The notes under the pieces are model-generated. The model was given only the letters and a program-made list of their open reading frames with translations. It had not been told where the DNA came from and did no database searches. A stretch of DNA of 64,000 nt from Pantanalinema sp. (GTDB lineage Bacteria > Cyanobacteriota > Sericytochromatia > S15B-MN24 > UBA4093), in assembly GCA_036704125.1 (NCBI GenBank), contig DATNQI010000060.1:7724-71723 (forward strand). Reading direction: 5' to 3'. Numbering within the stretch: the stretch's first letter is position 1; each line of letters starts with the position of its first letter. A program made the position numbers and the translations under genes. Below are positions 18,854 through 28,328 of the stretch, piece after piece.

Positions 18854-20602
18854 CTACCAATCGGGCCGCTCCGCGGGCTGCCCCCTGGCCGCCTGATCCA
18901 CCAGCTGCTTGAGCAGATCCGAGGCGCTGGACGGCTCGGGGGGGCGCTCCTCGCGCCTGACCTCGCCCTGGAAGCGCAGCTCCTCGTGCTGGAGCGCATC
19001 CAGGGTGGCCTGGATCTCGGCCTGGTTCGGCATCACGTCGCCCCCGCCCGATTCCTTGGGCGGCGCCTGCTTCTGGCCACTGGCACCGCCTTGCTGCTTC
19101 TCCTCGGGCAGGGCCTTGAGGCGGCGCGTCACGAGCTCGAGGTTATAGACGGCGTCCGCGTCCTTGGGGTTCGCCTTGATGGCCGAGCGGTACTCGGCGA
19201 TCGCTGCCGTCCAGCGCGCCTTGCGCTCGCCCTTCGCCTCGCCCAGGCGGTACAGGGCGTTGCCCTGGTTGTACTTCACCCAGGCCAGGGTCTTGTCCCC
19301 CCTGGGAAGAAGCTCGGCAGCGCGTCCGAAGGCCTTGGCCGCGCCCTCGAAATCCCCCGCCTGGTAATGCGCGCACCCCAGGTCGTAGGCGATTTTCGGA
19401 TCGTCGGGCCGCTCCTGTGCCGCCTTGACGAGGGCCGCTCGCGCCTCCTTCCACTGGCCTGCCGCGTAGGCGTCCGCGCCCCGGCGGGCGTCGGGACTCC
19501 CCTGCCACGGCCAGGTCCAGGCGGTCTGAGAGAGGGCCAGAAGGGCGAGGGCCAGCGCCGCCCCCCGGCGCACGCGGCGCAGGACCCGCTCCAGGATCAA
19601 GCGAGCCTTGAAGGGCAGCAGCAGGCGGTTCGACAGCCCCGCCTCCAGCACCAGGAGCGCCAGGGCGATCGCCAGGGGGATCTGGTACAGCAGGACCCCT
19701 TCGCTCCCCTCGCTGCCCGCTCCCCAGCGGGAGTTGAGGTGAGCGAGGATGCGCTCGGCAGCACCCGGCCGGGACGCGTCCATGAAGAGCCCGCCCGTGG
19801 CTCGGGCGACCTCCTTGAGCCCCCCGAGATCGGCGCGCGAGACGGCAGGCGAGCCATCGCCCTGCGTCCGGAAGACCGGCTCGCCGAAGAGGTCCTGGCC
19901 GTCCGGGATCTTGCCGCCCGATGGGGTCCCTAGGCCCAGGACGTAGACGCTGACCCCGGCGCGCTGGGCCTCGGCCGCCGCCTTCGAAAGCGAGCCTGCG
20001 AGCGGCTCGCCGTCGCTCACGAGCAGCACCGCCCCCGAGCGGCCCTGCAGCTGCGCAAGGGCGCTGCGCAGGGCGTTCTCTTGGTTCGAGCCCTGCCTCA
20101 GCTCGGCCATGCCGGGCCGCAGGCGCGCCGTGAGGGTCTTGACCGCTGCGAGATCGCTTGTCATGGGGCAGAAGACCAGCGCGTCGTCGGCGAAGGCCAC
20201 GACCCCCGCCTTCCAGCCCGAGAGGTTGACGAGCAGCGCGTCCAGGGCGTCGCGCGCGACCCCCATGCGATCGCGCCCCAGGTCCTGCACCCCCATGCTC
20301 TTGGAGACGTCCACCGCGATCGCAAGGGCCGGCATCTCGCCGGGCAGGCGCGCGCCGAGCCGCCCGCCGATGCGCGGGCCCGCGAGCGCCACAACCAGAA
20401 GGGAGAAGGCGAGGATCAGCATGGAGAGCCGCGCCATGGGCGAGGCGAGCGAGGCCCCCACCCGCATCTCGATCATCAGGTCGGGATCGGCGTAGCGATC
20501 GCGGCGCAGGCGAAGCGCGCGGACCATCCCCGCCACGGCGAGGGCCATGGGCAGCACCAGGACGAGGCCCCAGAGGAAGAGCGGCTGGTCCCAGCTAGGC
20601 AT
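18854..20602 (-). CDS. BatB/BatC-like fusion: TM-anchored vWA domain plus TPR repeats
   Basis: MIDAS motif VDVSKSM, two TM segments, and TPR repeats (AYDLGCAHYQAGDFEGAAKAF..). The start overlaps the upstream gene stop (ATGCCTAG). Confidence 0.8.
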   Translation of the reverse strand: MPSWDQPLFLWGLVLVLPMALAVAGMVRALRLRRDRYADPDLMIEMRVGASLASPMARLSMLILAFSLLVVALAGPRIGGRLGARLPGEMPALAIAVDVSKSMGVQDLGRDRMGVARDALDALLVNLSGWKAGVVAFADDALVFCPMTSDLAAVKTLTARLRPGMAELRQGSNQENALRSALAQLQGRSGAVLLVSDGEPLAGSLSKAAAEAQRAGVSVYVLGLGTPSGGKIPDGQDLFGEPVFRTQGDGSPAVSRADLGGLKEVARATGGLFMDASRPGAAERILAHLNSRWGAGSEGSEGVLLYQIPLAIALALLVLEAGLSNRLLLPFKARLILERVLRRVRRGAALALALLALSQTAWTWPWQGSPDARRGADAYAAGQWKEARAALVKAAQERPDDPKIAYDLGCAHYQAGDFEGAAKAFGRAAELLPRGDKTLAWVKYNQGNALYRLGEAKGERKARWTAAIAEYRSAIKANPKDADAVYNLELVTRRLKALPEEKQQGGASGQKQAPPKESGGGDVMPNQAEIQATLDALQHEELRFQGEVRREERPPEPSSASDLLKQLVDQAARGQPAERPDW

Positions 20603-21611
20603 GGGGCTTCTCCCCTCTGAGCACCGAGCCGACCCCGGTCGAGAGCAGCACCTCGACGCCGACCAGGAAAAGGGCCGCGAGCACCCAGCCGAAATAGTTC
20701 TCGCTGGGCACCCGGTGGCGCTGCGCCGGCAGCTCGGACTTCTCGAGCTGGGCGATCGCGGCGTAGGCCGCCTCGAGGCCGCGGGAGTCGGTGGCGCGGA
20801 AGTAGCGCCCTCCCGTCATCTCGGCGATCCTGGCGAGAACCTGCTCGTCCATCTTGGGCAAGAACAGGCTGCCGTCCCGGTTGCGGACGTAGACCTTGCG
20901 GCCGAAGGAGTCGGTGAGCGGGATCGGGGCCCCGCCGGGCCGGCCCACCGCGATGGTGTAGACCTTGACCCCGCGCGCCTTGGCCATTGCCGCCGCGTCC
21001 AGGGGCTGGAGGTAGCCCGAGTTGTTCTCCCCGTCGGACATCAAGACGATGACCTTGCTCTTGCCTTCGTTCTCGGCGAGGCGATACAGGCTGTTGCCGA
21101 TCCCGTCCCCGATGGCCGTCCCGTCCTGGCCGACCGAGTCGAAGCCGATGCGATCCACCAGCTGGCTCACGGCCTGGGCGTCGGTGGTCAGGGGGCAGAG
21201 GGTGAGGCTCCGGCCCGCGAAGGCGACCAGGCCGAGGCGGTGCTCGGCGTTCTTCGCGACGAAGTCCTTGAGGACGCGCTTGGCCACCTCGAGGCGGTTG
21301 GCGGGCTGGAAGTCCTCGGCCCGCATGGAGCCCGAGATGTCGAGGGCGAGCATCATGTCGATGCCGTAGCGCTTCTCCTCGAACCAGCGCCCGGGGCCCT
21401 GGGGCCTCGCCAGGGCGATGACCACCAGCGCGAGGGCCGAGAGGCGCAGCGCCGCGAGGACCAGGCCGAGGCGCCTGGGGCGCTTGTCCGCGTCGGCCAG
21501 CAGGCGGAAGGTGGAGAGCGGGATCCCCGCGGGGCGCTTGCGGCGCAAGAGGGCGATCGCAAGCGGGATCAGCAGGGCGCAAAGCAGCCAGATCGGCTGG
21601 GCGAGGGTCAT
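20595..21611 (-). CDS. BatA-like vWA domain membrane protein
   Basis: Starts MTLAQPIWLLCALLIPLAIALLRRK at ATG 21611. MIDAS motif LDISGSM. C-terminal TM segment. The upstream part of the track ORF is a shadow. Confidence 0.8.
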   Translation of the reverse strand: MTLAQPIWLLCALLIPLAIALLRRKRPAGIPLSTFRLLADADKRPRRLGLVLAALRLSALALVVIALARPQGPGRWFEEKRYGIDMMLALDISGSMRAEDFQPANRLEVAKRVLKDFVAKNAEHRLGLVAFAGRSLTLCPLTTDAQAVSQLVDRIGFDSVGQDGTAIGDGIGNSLYRLAENEGKSKVIVLMSDGENNSGYLQPLDAAAMAKARGVKVYTIAVGRPGGAPIPLTDSFGRKVYVRNRDGSLFLPKMDEQVLARIAEMTGGRYFRATDSRGLEAAYAAIAQLEKSELPAQRHRVPSENYFGWVLAALFLVGVEVLLSTGVGSVLRGEKPHA

Positions 21612-22183
21612 GGCTGCGCCTCGCTCGAGGGGGCCTCGCTTGCGGGGGGCTGGCCCGCGAACTCGAGGACCAGGTAGGCCGAGGTCAGGTGCTGCAGCAG
21701 CTCGGTGGGCGACAGGCGCACCTTGGCGAACTTGACCAGGTCGCACGCCGCGAAGATCGTCGAGAGGTTGTCCTGGACGGCCATGGGGATGCGACGCGCC
21801 TCGAGCTCCAGGAGCAGCTCCGAGCTGGTCAGGCGCCGGGTCGAGAGGCCGTAGCGGTGGAGCACGAAGTCGCGCAGGATCTCGCTGAGCTGGTCGCAGA
21901 ACTTGGCGGCCTCGCCGCGATCGGCGAGCTGGCTGGCCTTGAGGGCGTCGAGGCGGCCCCGGGGGGTCTTGGGTCCCTTGGCGGGGGCGGCCGCGACCTC
22001 GTCGCTCGCCTCGTCGCTCGCGCGGCGCGACAGGTAGAAGAAGACGAGCGCCAGCACCAGGGCCATCGCCAGGACCAGCAGGAGGGCCCAAGGAGCGGGA
22101 CCGGGGGCGAGGTAGGGCTTGAGGCCGCGGATGTCCTCGAGGGCACCGGCCGCCACGATGGCCGGGAGCAAGAGTTCTCGCAC
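21608..22183 (-). CDS. DUF4381-like membrane protein of Bat-type clusters
   Basis: 191 aa with a single TM segment (WALLLVLAMALVLALVFFYL) and a helical C-terminus. It has 4-nt and 1-nt overlaps with its neighbours. Confidence 0.55.
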   Translation of the reverse strand: MRELLLPAIVAAGALEDIRGLKPYLAPGPAPWALLLVLAMALVLALVFFYLSRRASDEASDEVAAAPAKGPKTPRGRLDALKASQLADRGEAAKFCDQLSEILRDFVLHRYGLSTRRLTSSELLLELEARRIPMAVQDNLSTIFAACDLVKFAKVRLSPTELLQHLTSAYLVLEFAGQPPASEAPSSEAQP

Positions 22184-22860
22184 TAGGGGAAGAGGCCTGC
22201 GGGCTGGTCTCCGCCCTGCGGCATCACGGGCGGCGCCCCGGGCGGGGTCCCCTGCTGTTGCTGCTGCGAGAATTGCTCGGCGCGCTTCAGCATCTCGGGG
22301 GTGATGCCCGGCGGAAGCCCGCTCGCGCCGGAATCGGGCTGGGCATTGGGGGCGCCTCCCGGCATCCCGCGCAGGCCGGTGATGGGGCTTGGAGCCGGCG
22401 GGTTCTGGACCAGCGCGACGAGGCGCGCGATCTGGGGGTCCTCGGGACGCAGGGTCTGCGCCTGCTTGAAGGCGTCCAGGGCGCCTCCGGTCTGGCCCCG
22501 GTAGAGGCGCATGAGGCCCTCGGTACGCAGGCGGTCGAAGCGCTTGTTGCGCTCGGCCCAGGTCGCGTAGGCGACGGCGGGAGCCACCTGGACGCTTTCG
22601 GTCCCGACGCTGCCGGTCGCGACCGCCGTCCCCTCGGGGGTCAGCGGCCGGCGGCGCCGCCGGCGGGGCATCATGGGGGCGGGGGTCGGTTCGACCTTCG
22701 GGAAAAAGGGCGCGAGGACCGGATCCAGCATGGCCATCACCGGGGCGGTCACCCCCGCGAGGGACTCGCCGAGCCCGCCCACCACGGGAAGGTCGGCACA
22801 GCCGTTCAGGCTCAAGATGGTGGCGGCCGCGATCGCGGCGCGCAGCGGGCGGGAGCGCAT
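22183..22860 (-). CDS. Lipoprotein with TPR-like repeat
   Basis: ATG 22860 with AAGGAGGA upstream. Lipobox ILSLNGC. TPR-like segment LYRGQTGGALDAFKQAQTLRPEDPQIARLV. Confidence 0.6.
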   Translation of the reverse strand: MRSRPLRAAIAAATILSLNGCADLPVVGGLGESLAGVTAPVMAMLDPVLAPFFPKVEPTPAPMMPRRRRRRPLTPEGTAVATGSVGTESVQVAPAVAYATWAERNKRFDRLRTEGLMRLYRGQTGGALDAFKQAQTLRPEDPQIARLVALVQNPPAPSPITGLRGMPGGAPNAQPDSGASGLPPGITPEMLKRAEQFSQQQQQGTPPGAPPVMPQGGDQPAGLFP

Positions 22861-23000
22861 CGTCCCTGGGTCCTCCTTGGCAGTTGATCTGTTAAAGATC
22901 TTACCCCTGGCGCCCTTCTCCCAAACGGTTCCTCGCTTTACCCGCGCGAAGAGGGCGTCCGGGCCGATTCGCGAGGCCACGGGCGGGGTATGAGACCACC

Positions 23001-24173
23001 ATGAACAAGCACATCCTAGTCATGTACGAGACCGCCGGCGGCGGCCACTACGCCAACGCCCGCGCCATCGAGAACGCCTTCAAGACGCGCCACCCCGGCT
23101 GCACCGTGACCCTGATGCACATCTCGGCGGCCACCAACAGCAAGCGGGTGGAGTACCTCTACAACTCCTACAACGACATGCTCAAGGCCGATCCGCGCAT
23201 GGTCCACTACGGCTACCAGATCATGAACCGGGTCAACGCCGAGCAGATCATCTTCCCGCTCTTGCTCAAGGCCAACCGCAACCTGGAGGACTACCTGCGG
23301 GAGCAGGACCCCGACATCATCGTCTCGGTGTTCGGCGTGGTCAACTACGCGGCCATGTCCGTCCTGGATCGCATGGGCTGGACCGGCAAGAAGCCCTACG
23401 TCATCTTCGTGACCGACCTGACGCGCAACTTCCTGCGCTCGTGGGTCCACCCCGAGGCGGACATGATGATCGCCATGCTCGACGAGAGCCGCGAGCAGCT
23501 GATCGCCTACGGCATGCCCGCCGAGCGGATCCGCGTGCTCCACGGCATGCCCGTCAACCCGACCTTCATGACCCAGCGCAAGTCGCGCGAGGAGGCCCGC
23601 AGGGCCCTCGGGATGGCGCTCGATCGCTTCACTGTGCTGATCACCATGGGCGGCGTCGCCAACAAGAACACCATCCGCTTCTCCAAGGAGCTGGCCGATT
23701 CGGGCCTGCCCCTGCAGCTGATCGTCGCCTGCGGCAGGAACGCGGCGCTCAAGCGCAAGATGGACCGCCTGGCCTCCCATGCCCGGATCCCTATCAAGGT
23801 GCTGGGCTTCACCGACCAGATGCCGACCCTCATGGACGCCAGCGACGTGGCCGTCTCCAAGCCGGGCCCCGGCACCATCGCCGAGCTGGCCTACAAGGAG
23901 ATCCCCATGCTGATCGACGGGATCTTCGCCCCCATGCCGCAGGAGAAGGGCAACCTGGACTTCGTGGTCGAGAAGGGGATCGGCACGGTCATCACCCGCT
24001 CGTCCTCGGTCTCGGCCCAGATCCGCGACCTGATGGAGAACCCCCACAAGGTCGAGCGCCTCAAGGAGAACATGCGCCGGATCAACAATCCGGACGCGGT
24101 CTACGACCTGGTGGACCTCATCGCCAACGCCCAGGTGGCCGATGGCAAGGTCCCGAGCCTTTCGGATCGATAG
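23001..24173 (+). CDS. MGDG synthase / processive diacylglycerol glycosyltransferase-like enzyme (GT28)
   Basis: 390-aa ORF with N-terminal YETAGGGHYANARAIENAF and C-terminal SKPGPGTIAELAYKEIPML, typical of UgtP/MGDG-synthase family enzymes. Confidence 0.8.
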   Translation: MNKHILVMYETAGGGHYANARAIENAFKTRHPGCTVTLMHISAATNSKRVEYLYNSYNDMLKADPRMVHYGYQIMNRVNAEQIIFPLLLKANRNLEDYLREQDPDIIVSVFGVVNYAAMSVLDRMGWTGKKPYVIFVTDLTRNFLRSWVHPEADMMIAMLDESREQLIAYGMPAERIRVLHGMPVNPTFMTQRKSREEARRALGMALDRFTVLITMGGVANKNTIRFSKELADSGLPLQLIVACGRNAALKRKMDRLASHARIPIKVLGFTDQMPTLMDASDVAVSKPGPGTIAELAYKEIPMLIDGIFAPMPQEKGNLDFVVEKGIGTVITRSSSVSAQIRDLMENPHKVERLKENMRRINNPDAVYDLVDLIANAQVADGKVPSLSDR

Positions 24174-24354
24174 GATTCTTGTAATCGCGCGGGGGATGGG
24201 ATCTCAAATTCCACGAAGGCTTGGTTGATGTGAATGAACAAGAAAGTTGATCCGGCTTTTATTTCATTTTTAACGCATCCTATTCAGCCAAGGTATCTAT
24301 ATTAAGATCAACAATTGGCCGCCCGGAAGGGCAACGCGAGTAGGAGATACGGTC

Positions 24355-25113
24355 ATGTCGATCAAAAATGAGGTTGCCAAGCTTGGTCATTCCATGCTGC
24401 CACATACTCTTGCAAAAGATGTTGCGCGCGAGGTTGCCGCAAAGGAGACGGCTCAGGTTGCCTCCAAAGCGTTGGCTCCCAAGATGTTTGGCGATAACCT
24501 GGCACTCGGCGCTCGGAAGAGCGCGGCTGTCCACAGCGCAGAAGCCGCCTTGCACAAGCTCGATCAGCACCCTGGCGACGGTCCGCTTACACGAGACATC
24601 GTGGAGTTTTACCAGCGCTACGTCCATCCGGGCGAGTCTGCGGAGCAGATCCAGGCCAGGGCGAAAGCCGCAACCCTTGACTTGAGCTTCTTGCCGGACC
24701 AAGGGATTCGAGCCCGAGCCGAGTCGCAAATCCACGGTACCGGCGGAACTCCGCAGTCCGTTGGAGCCATCTTGTCATCTCACCAGTTCAAGGTCGACAT
24801 GACCACCGTCAAGGACCTCGCTTCAGAGGGAGCGACGATTGCACTGAGCGCGAACTGGATGACCCGAGCGAATGTCGCCACTCGGCTGGAGGGCATCTTC
24901 GGCACCGTCAATGGCTTGATTAAGAAGCATGAGCTTCTTGCCGGTCCCGTTCCACAGATCAATGAGATGCACAAGGCGATGGCAAATATGGACTTCGTCT
25001 TCCATCCGCCCAACCCCGGGGCTAAAGTTCGCTTCGTCAAGTCGCATGAGCTGGAAATGTGGAATCGGACCTTTGGCAGCATTCGCGACAGCGCGACGCA
25101 ACTGCTTCCCTAG
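24355..25113 (+). CDS. Orphan hypothetical protein in low-GC islet
   Basis: 252-aa ORF with AGGAGA 7 nt upstream of the ATG. GC content is clearly lower than in flanking genes. No recognisable domain, signal peptide or TM segment. Confidence 0.55.
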   Translation: MSIKNEVAKLGHSMLPHTLAKDVAREVAAKETAQVASKALAPKMFGDNLALGARKSAAVHSAEAALHKLDQHPGDGPLTRDIVEFYQRYVHPGESAEQIQARAKAATLDLSFLPDQGIRARAESQIHGTGGTPQSVGAILSSHQFKVDMTTVKDLASEGATIALSANWMTRANVATRLEGIFGTVNGLIKKHELLAGPVPQINEMHKAMANMDFVFHPPNPGAKVRFVKSHELEMWNRTFGSIRDSATQLLP

Positions 25114-25142
25114 CCCGGACGATTCATCAAGCATCACTCAGG

Positions 25143-25167
25143 CGCCCGTCGGTCTTACCGGCGGGCG
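25143..25167 (+). terminator. Hairpin after the orphan gene
   Basis: 10-bp stem CGCCCGTCGG / CCGGCGGGCG (one G:T pair) with loop TCTTA, followed by TTCACG (weak U-tract). Confidence 0.4.
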
Positions 25168-25168
25168 T

Positions 25169-25507
25169 TCACGCGAACGGTTGCGGGTGAGCGATGCCGT
25201 GCTTGGGGATGATCTTGGGCAGGCGCGGCTCCAGTGCGAGAGGCAAATTCGGTGAAAGTCCGAGCGACGCCCCGTTCTTGGCGAGCCAGCCGTGGTAGGC
25301 GATCTTGGCCGCCTTGTGATTTGGTGCCGAGAAGCGTTCCAGGACCTTGTTGTTGACCAGGCCGATCAGGTGGTCGACGCAGTTGCCCTCGCACCGGTCG
25401 TAGACTTCCGGCGCGGCGAAAGCGGCATCCGCCCTGACGAGGATGCGAACCTTCGGCCAGCGCGCTCGAATGCGCCGGACCATGCGCTTGAGGAGGGCGA
25501 TCGTGGC
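25169..25507 (-). pseudogene. DDE transposase fragment (IS1380/IS4-superfamily-like)
   Basis: Only ~110 aa are retained: VATIALLKRMVRRIRARWPKVRILVRADAAFAAPEVYDRCEGNCVDHLIGLVNNKVL (RADxxF DDE block). The 5' part is replaced at ~25507 by an opposite-strand IS remnant. Confidence 0.6.
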
Positions 25508-25812
25508 CACGTGATGCTGAAGATCTTGGCCGCGAACTGCCTGCGGATGCTGGAGATGAGGACGGGTGAATCGATCGCCGACCTGCGGCAGCATTTCGAC
25601 CGCATCTTGGCCACCCAGGTGACCGAATACGGGCGCCGCGTCTGGAAGTGCTCGGAGCTGTCCGAGGCCGATCGCGCGACGCTCAAGCGGGCTGGCGCCG
25701 GGGAGCCACCGGCGAAATGGCAGGCCTGGAGAGAATCGCCGGCAACGGCGGAAAGCCAATCAGCATGAGCCTCTCAAGCATGATTTTAGCCGACAACTGT
25801 CGAAACCGCGTC
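25508..25812 (+). mobile_element. IS1634-like element, 3'-terminal remnant (copy 1)
   Basis: Encodes HVMLKILAANCLRMLEMRTGESIADLRQHFDRILATQVTE..ATLKRAGAGE. It is colinear with and roughly three-quarters identical by eye to 26168-26470, including the post-stop motif AACTGTCGAAACCGCG. Confidence 0.6.
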
Positions 25813-26470
25813 AAGCAGATCGGCGAGCACGTGGTTCGGGTCCGAGAGGCCCTGGCCAAAAAGGAACCCGAGGGGTCGCACTCCAAGTCGGTGTGCGCTG
25901 TGGCCACGCACCCGAGCCTGAAGCGGTACGTAAAGCCGTCCGAGAAGGTGTCGGGACGCTACGTGCTGGACCAGGAGGCGATCCGGCGCGAGGAGCAACT
26001 GGCAGGAACACGTTTGCTGCGAACGACGCTCACGGAAATGAACGGCCACGAGGTGTTCGACGCCTACCAACTATTGCAAGTGGTGGAACGGAATCACCTG
26101 GAATACAAGGGACCGCTGCAACTGCGGCCTTGCTACCACCGTTCGAGCGAGCGCATCCGAGCGCATGTGATGCTGACGATCCTGGCCGCAAACTGCGTGC
26201 GGGCCTTGGAGAAGCGCACCGGCGAGTCGATCGCGGAGCTGCGAAAGCGCTTCGATCGGGTGCAGGCCCACCAGGTATCCGAGGGTGGGCGACTCAAGTG
26301 GACCTGCTCGGATCTCTCGGAGTCCGACCGTGCAACGATCCGGAAGGCTGGGGCAGGGGAGATTCCCCCTTTCTGGCGGGTCTGGAGAGACCCGATCGCC
26401 GCCCCGGAAAACCGCATCATGTCATGCGATCAGCCAATGGACGTCTCGTAACTGTCGAACCCGCGCTCAA
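25813..26470 (+). pseudogene. IS1634-family transposase, 5'-truncated C-terminal part (copy 2)
   Basis: GRYVLDQEAIRREEQLAGTRLLRTTL..AYQLLQVVERNHLEYKGPLQLRPCYHRSSERIRAHVMLTILAA matches the conserved C-terminal region of IS1634/IS4 transposases. The N-terminal catalytic part is absent. Confidence 0.65.
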
Positions 26471-26626
26471 CTTACCCACACGATCCTGCTGAGAACCTTT
26501 TGAGCCTTTCGGCGCGACATAACGCGTGTTTTCGAGGTCATTCCTCAACCATGAGATATTCCCATGACCAGCGCTTCGCGGCCTGTTCGTCAGCAGGGTT
26601 GTGTCGTGAAGGTCGAATTGTAATGA

Positions 26627-27841
26627 CTATTCGACCTCTGCGCCCCGGTGCAGGGCGATCATCTCCCGGTAGATTGACTCCATCTGACCGATGCAGGCCT
26701 CGAGCGCGTGGTGCTGGACCAGCTCCACGCTGCGCGCCCCGTACTGCGCGCGCAACTCGGCGTCGCCGACCAGGCAGACGATGCGCTCGGCCAGGTCGTC
26801 CGCGTTGCCCGGCTGGTGCAGGAAGCCGTTGGAGCAGTGGTGGACGATCTCGGGGATCGCCAGCGCGTTGGCCCCGATGAGCGGCAGGCCGCTCGCCGCC
26901 CCCTCGAGCAGCACCATCCCCTGCAGCTCCGACTCGGAGGGCAGCACCAGCATGTCGGCCGCACGGTACACCAGAGGAAGGGTCTGGTCGTCCACCAGCC
27001 CCGTGAAGGTCGCGTGCTCGGAAAGGCCGAGGCCCTCCACCATCCCCTTCACGTCGAGGGCACCCGCGCCCATGAAGAGGAAGTGGCACTGGGTCTCGGA
27101 GAGCACCTTGGGCATGGCCTCCAAGAGGACGTCCAGGCGCTTCTCGAGGGCGAGGCGGCCGGCGTACAGGACCACGGGGCGATCATTCGGCAGCTTGAAG
27201 CGGGCACGCAGCCGATCCTTCTCGCCGGGCGAGGGCGGCGTGAAGACGTTGAGGTCCACCCCGTTGGAGACGGGCACCGGCTGCTTCTCCAGACCCCGCT
27301 CGGTCAGCATGTCGCAGGCGAGGTTGGTCGGCGCCGTGACGAAGTCCACCTGGTTGAGGAACGAGACGACCTCGGTCCAGTAGACGTTGTCGAAGATCTT
27401 GTAGGCGAGCCAGTCGCGATCGACCTTGAAGGGGATGAGGTTGTCCGGGATGCCGTGATTGCTCGCGACCACCGGGATCCCCAGGCGGCGCGCGTTCTTG
27501 AGGGCCGCCGAGCCCATGATGGTCGGGGTGACGAGCTGCACCAGGTCCGGCCGGATGCGCTGGATGGTGTGCTCGACCAGGTTCTCGGGCAGGATCGTCA
27601 GGCGCGGCGCGGACTGCTTGTTGGTGTTGGTCGCCAGGTGCAGGGCCGGGATGGCGCGGGCGCGGACCACCGTCGTCTGGCCGTCACGCTCCACGTAGTT
27701 GCGCAGGCCCTGGGTCCCCGGCGCGAGGATGGTCACGTCGTGGCCGCGCTCGGCAAGGCCGTGGGCCAGCCGGCGGATGGTGATGGCGCTGCCGCCGAGC
27801 GTCGGGGGATAGTACTGATCCGCTACCAAGAGCAGCTTCAT
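26627..27841 (-). CDS. Glycosyltransferase family 4 (GT-B)
   Basis: Starts MKLLLVADQYYPPTLGGSAITIRRLAHGLAERGHDV at ATG 27841. C-terminal motif LPSESELQGMVLLEGAASGLPLIG. Confidence 0.85.
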   Translation of the reverse strand: MKLLLVADQYYPPTLGGSAITIRRLAHGLAERGHDVTILAPGTQGLRNYVERDGQTTVVRARAIPALHLATNTNKQSAPRLTILPENLVEHTIQRIRPDLVQLVTPTIMGSAALKNARRLGIPVVASNHGIPDNLIPFKVDRDWLAYKIFDNVYWTEVVSFLNQVDFVTAPTNLACDMLTERGLEKQPVPVSNGVDLNVFTPPSPGEKDRLRARFKLPNDRPVVLYAGRLALEKRLDVLLEAMPKVLSETQCHFLFMGAGALDVKGMVEGLGLSEHATFTGLVDDQTLPLVYRAADMLVLPSESELQGMVLLEGAASGLPLIGANALAIPEIVHHCSNGFLHQPGNADDLAERIVCLVGDAELRAQYGARSVELVQHHALEACIGQMESIYREMIALHRGAEVE

Positions 27842-27941
27842 GGTTTTTCGGCCTCTTTCCGGGGCCCCGGCCCACCGGCACGGCATCCCACGAGGACCAT
27901 ACTAGCCAGGCGCAAGTCGGCGCGTCAAGCGAAGCCGGGGC

Positions 27942-28328
27942 CTACTTCGGGGCCCCGGTCAGGACGCGCAGCAGTCCGCCGATGAGCCAGCTGGCCAGAG
28001 AGACCAGCACCGCAGCGATCATGGCGGTCGCGAAGGCGGGCACGTGCATCCCCTGGGCCACGAAGTCCTCGATGCGCACCCCCTTCACCACGAAGGGCAC
28101 CAGCCACATCATCAGGCCGTTGATCACGAGCAGGAAGAGGCCGAAGGTCACCAGGGTCAGGGGGAAGGCGAAGAGCTGGAGGATGGGGCGCAGGATCGCG
28201 TTGAACAGGCCGAGCACGGCGCTCGCGAGCACCGCGGAGATCGGATCGCTGACGTGGAAGCCGGGAAGGTAAAGGGCGATGGCGAGGAAGGCCAGCGCGG
28301 ATGCTAGCCACTGACGGATGAGGACCAC
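27942..28328 (-). CDS. Phage-holin-4-like (YvlD-type) small 4-TM membrane protein
   Basis: 128 aa with a GTG start and GGAGG 5 nt upstream. Four hydrophobic helices. It overlaps the upstream gene by 25 nt. The rest of the 639-aa track ORF is a shadow. Confidence 0.65.
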   Translation of the reverse strand: MVLIRQWLASALAFLAIALYLPGFHVSDPISAVLASAVLGLFNAILRPILQLFAFPLTLVTFGLFLLVINGLMMWLVPFVVKGVRIEDFVAQGMHVPAFATAMIAAVLVSLASWLIGGLLRVLTGAPK

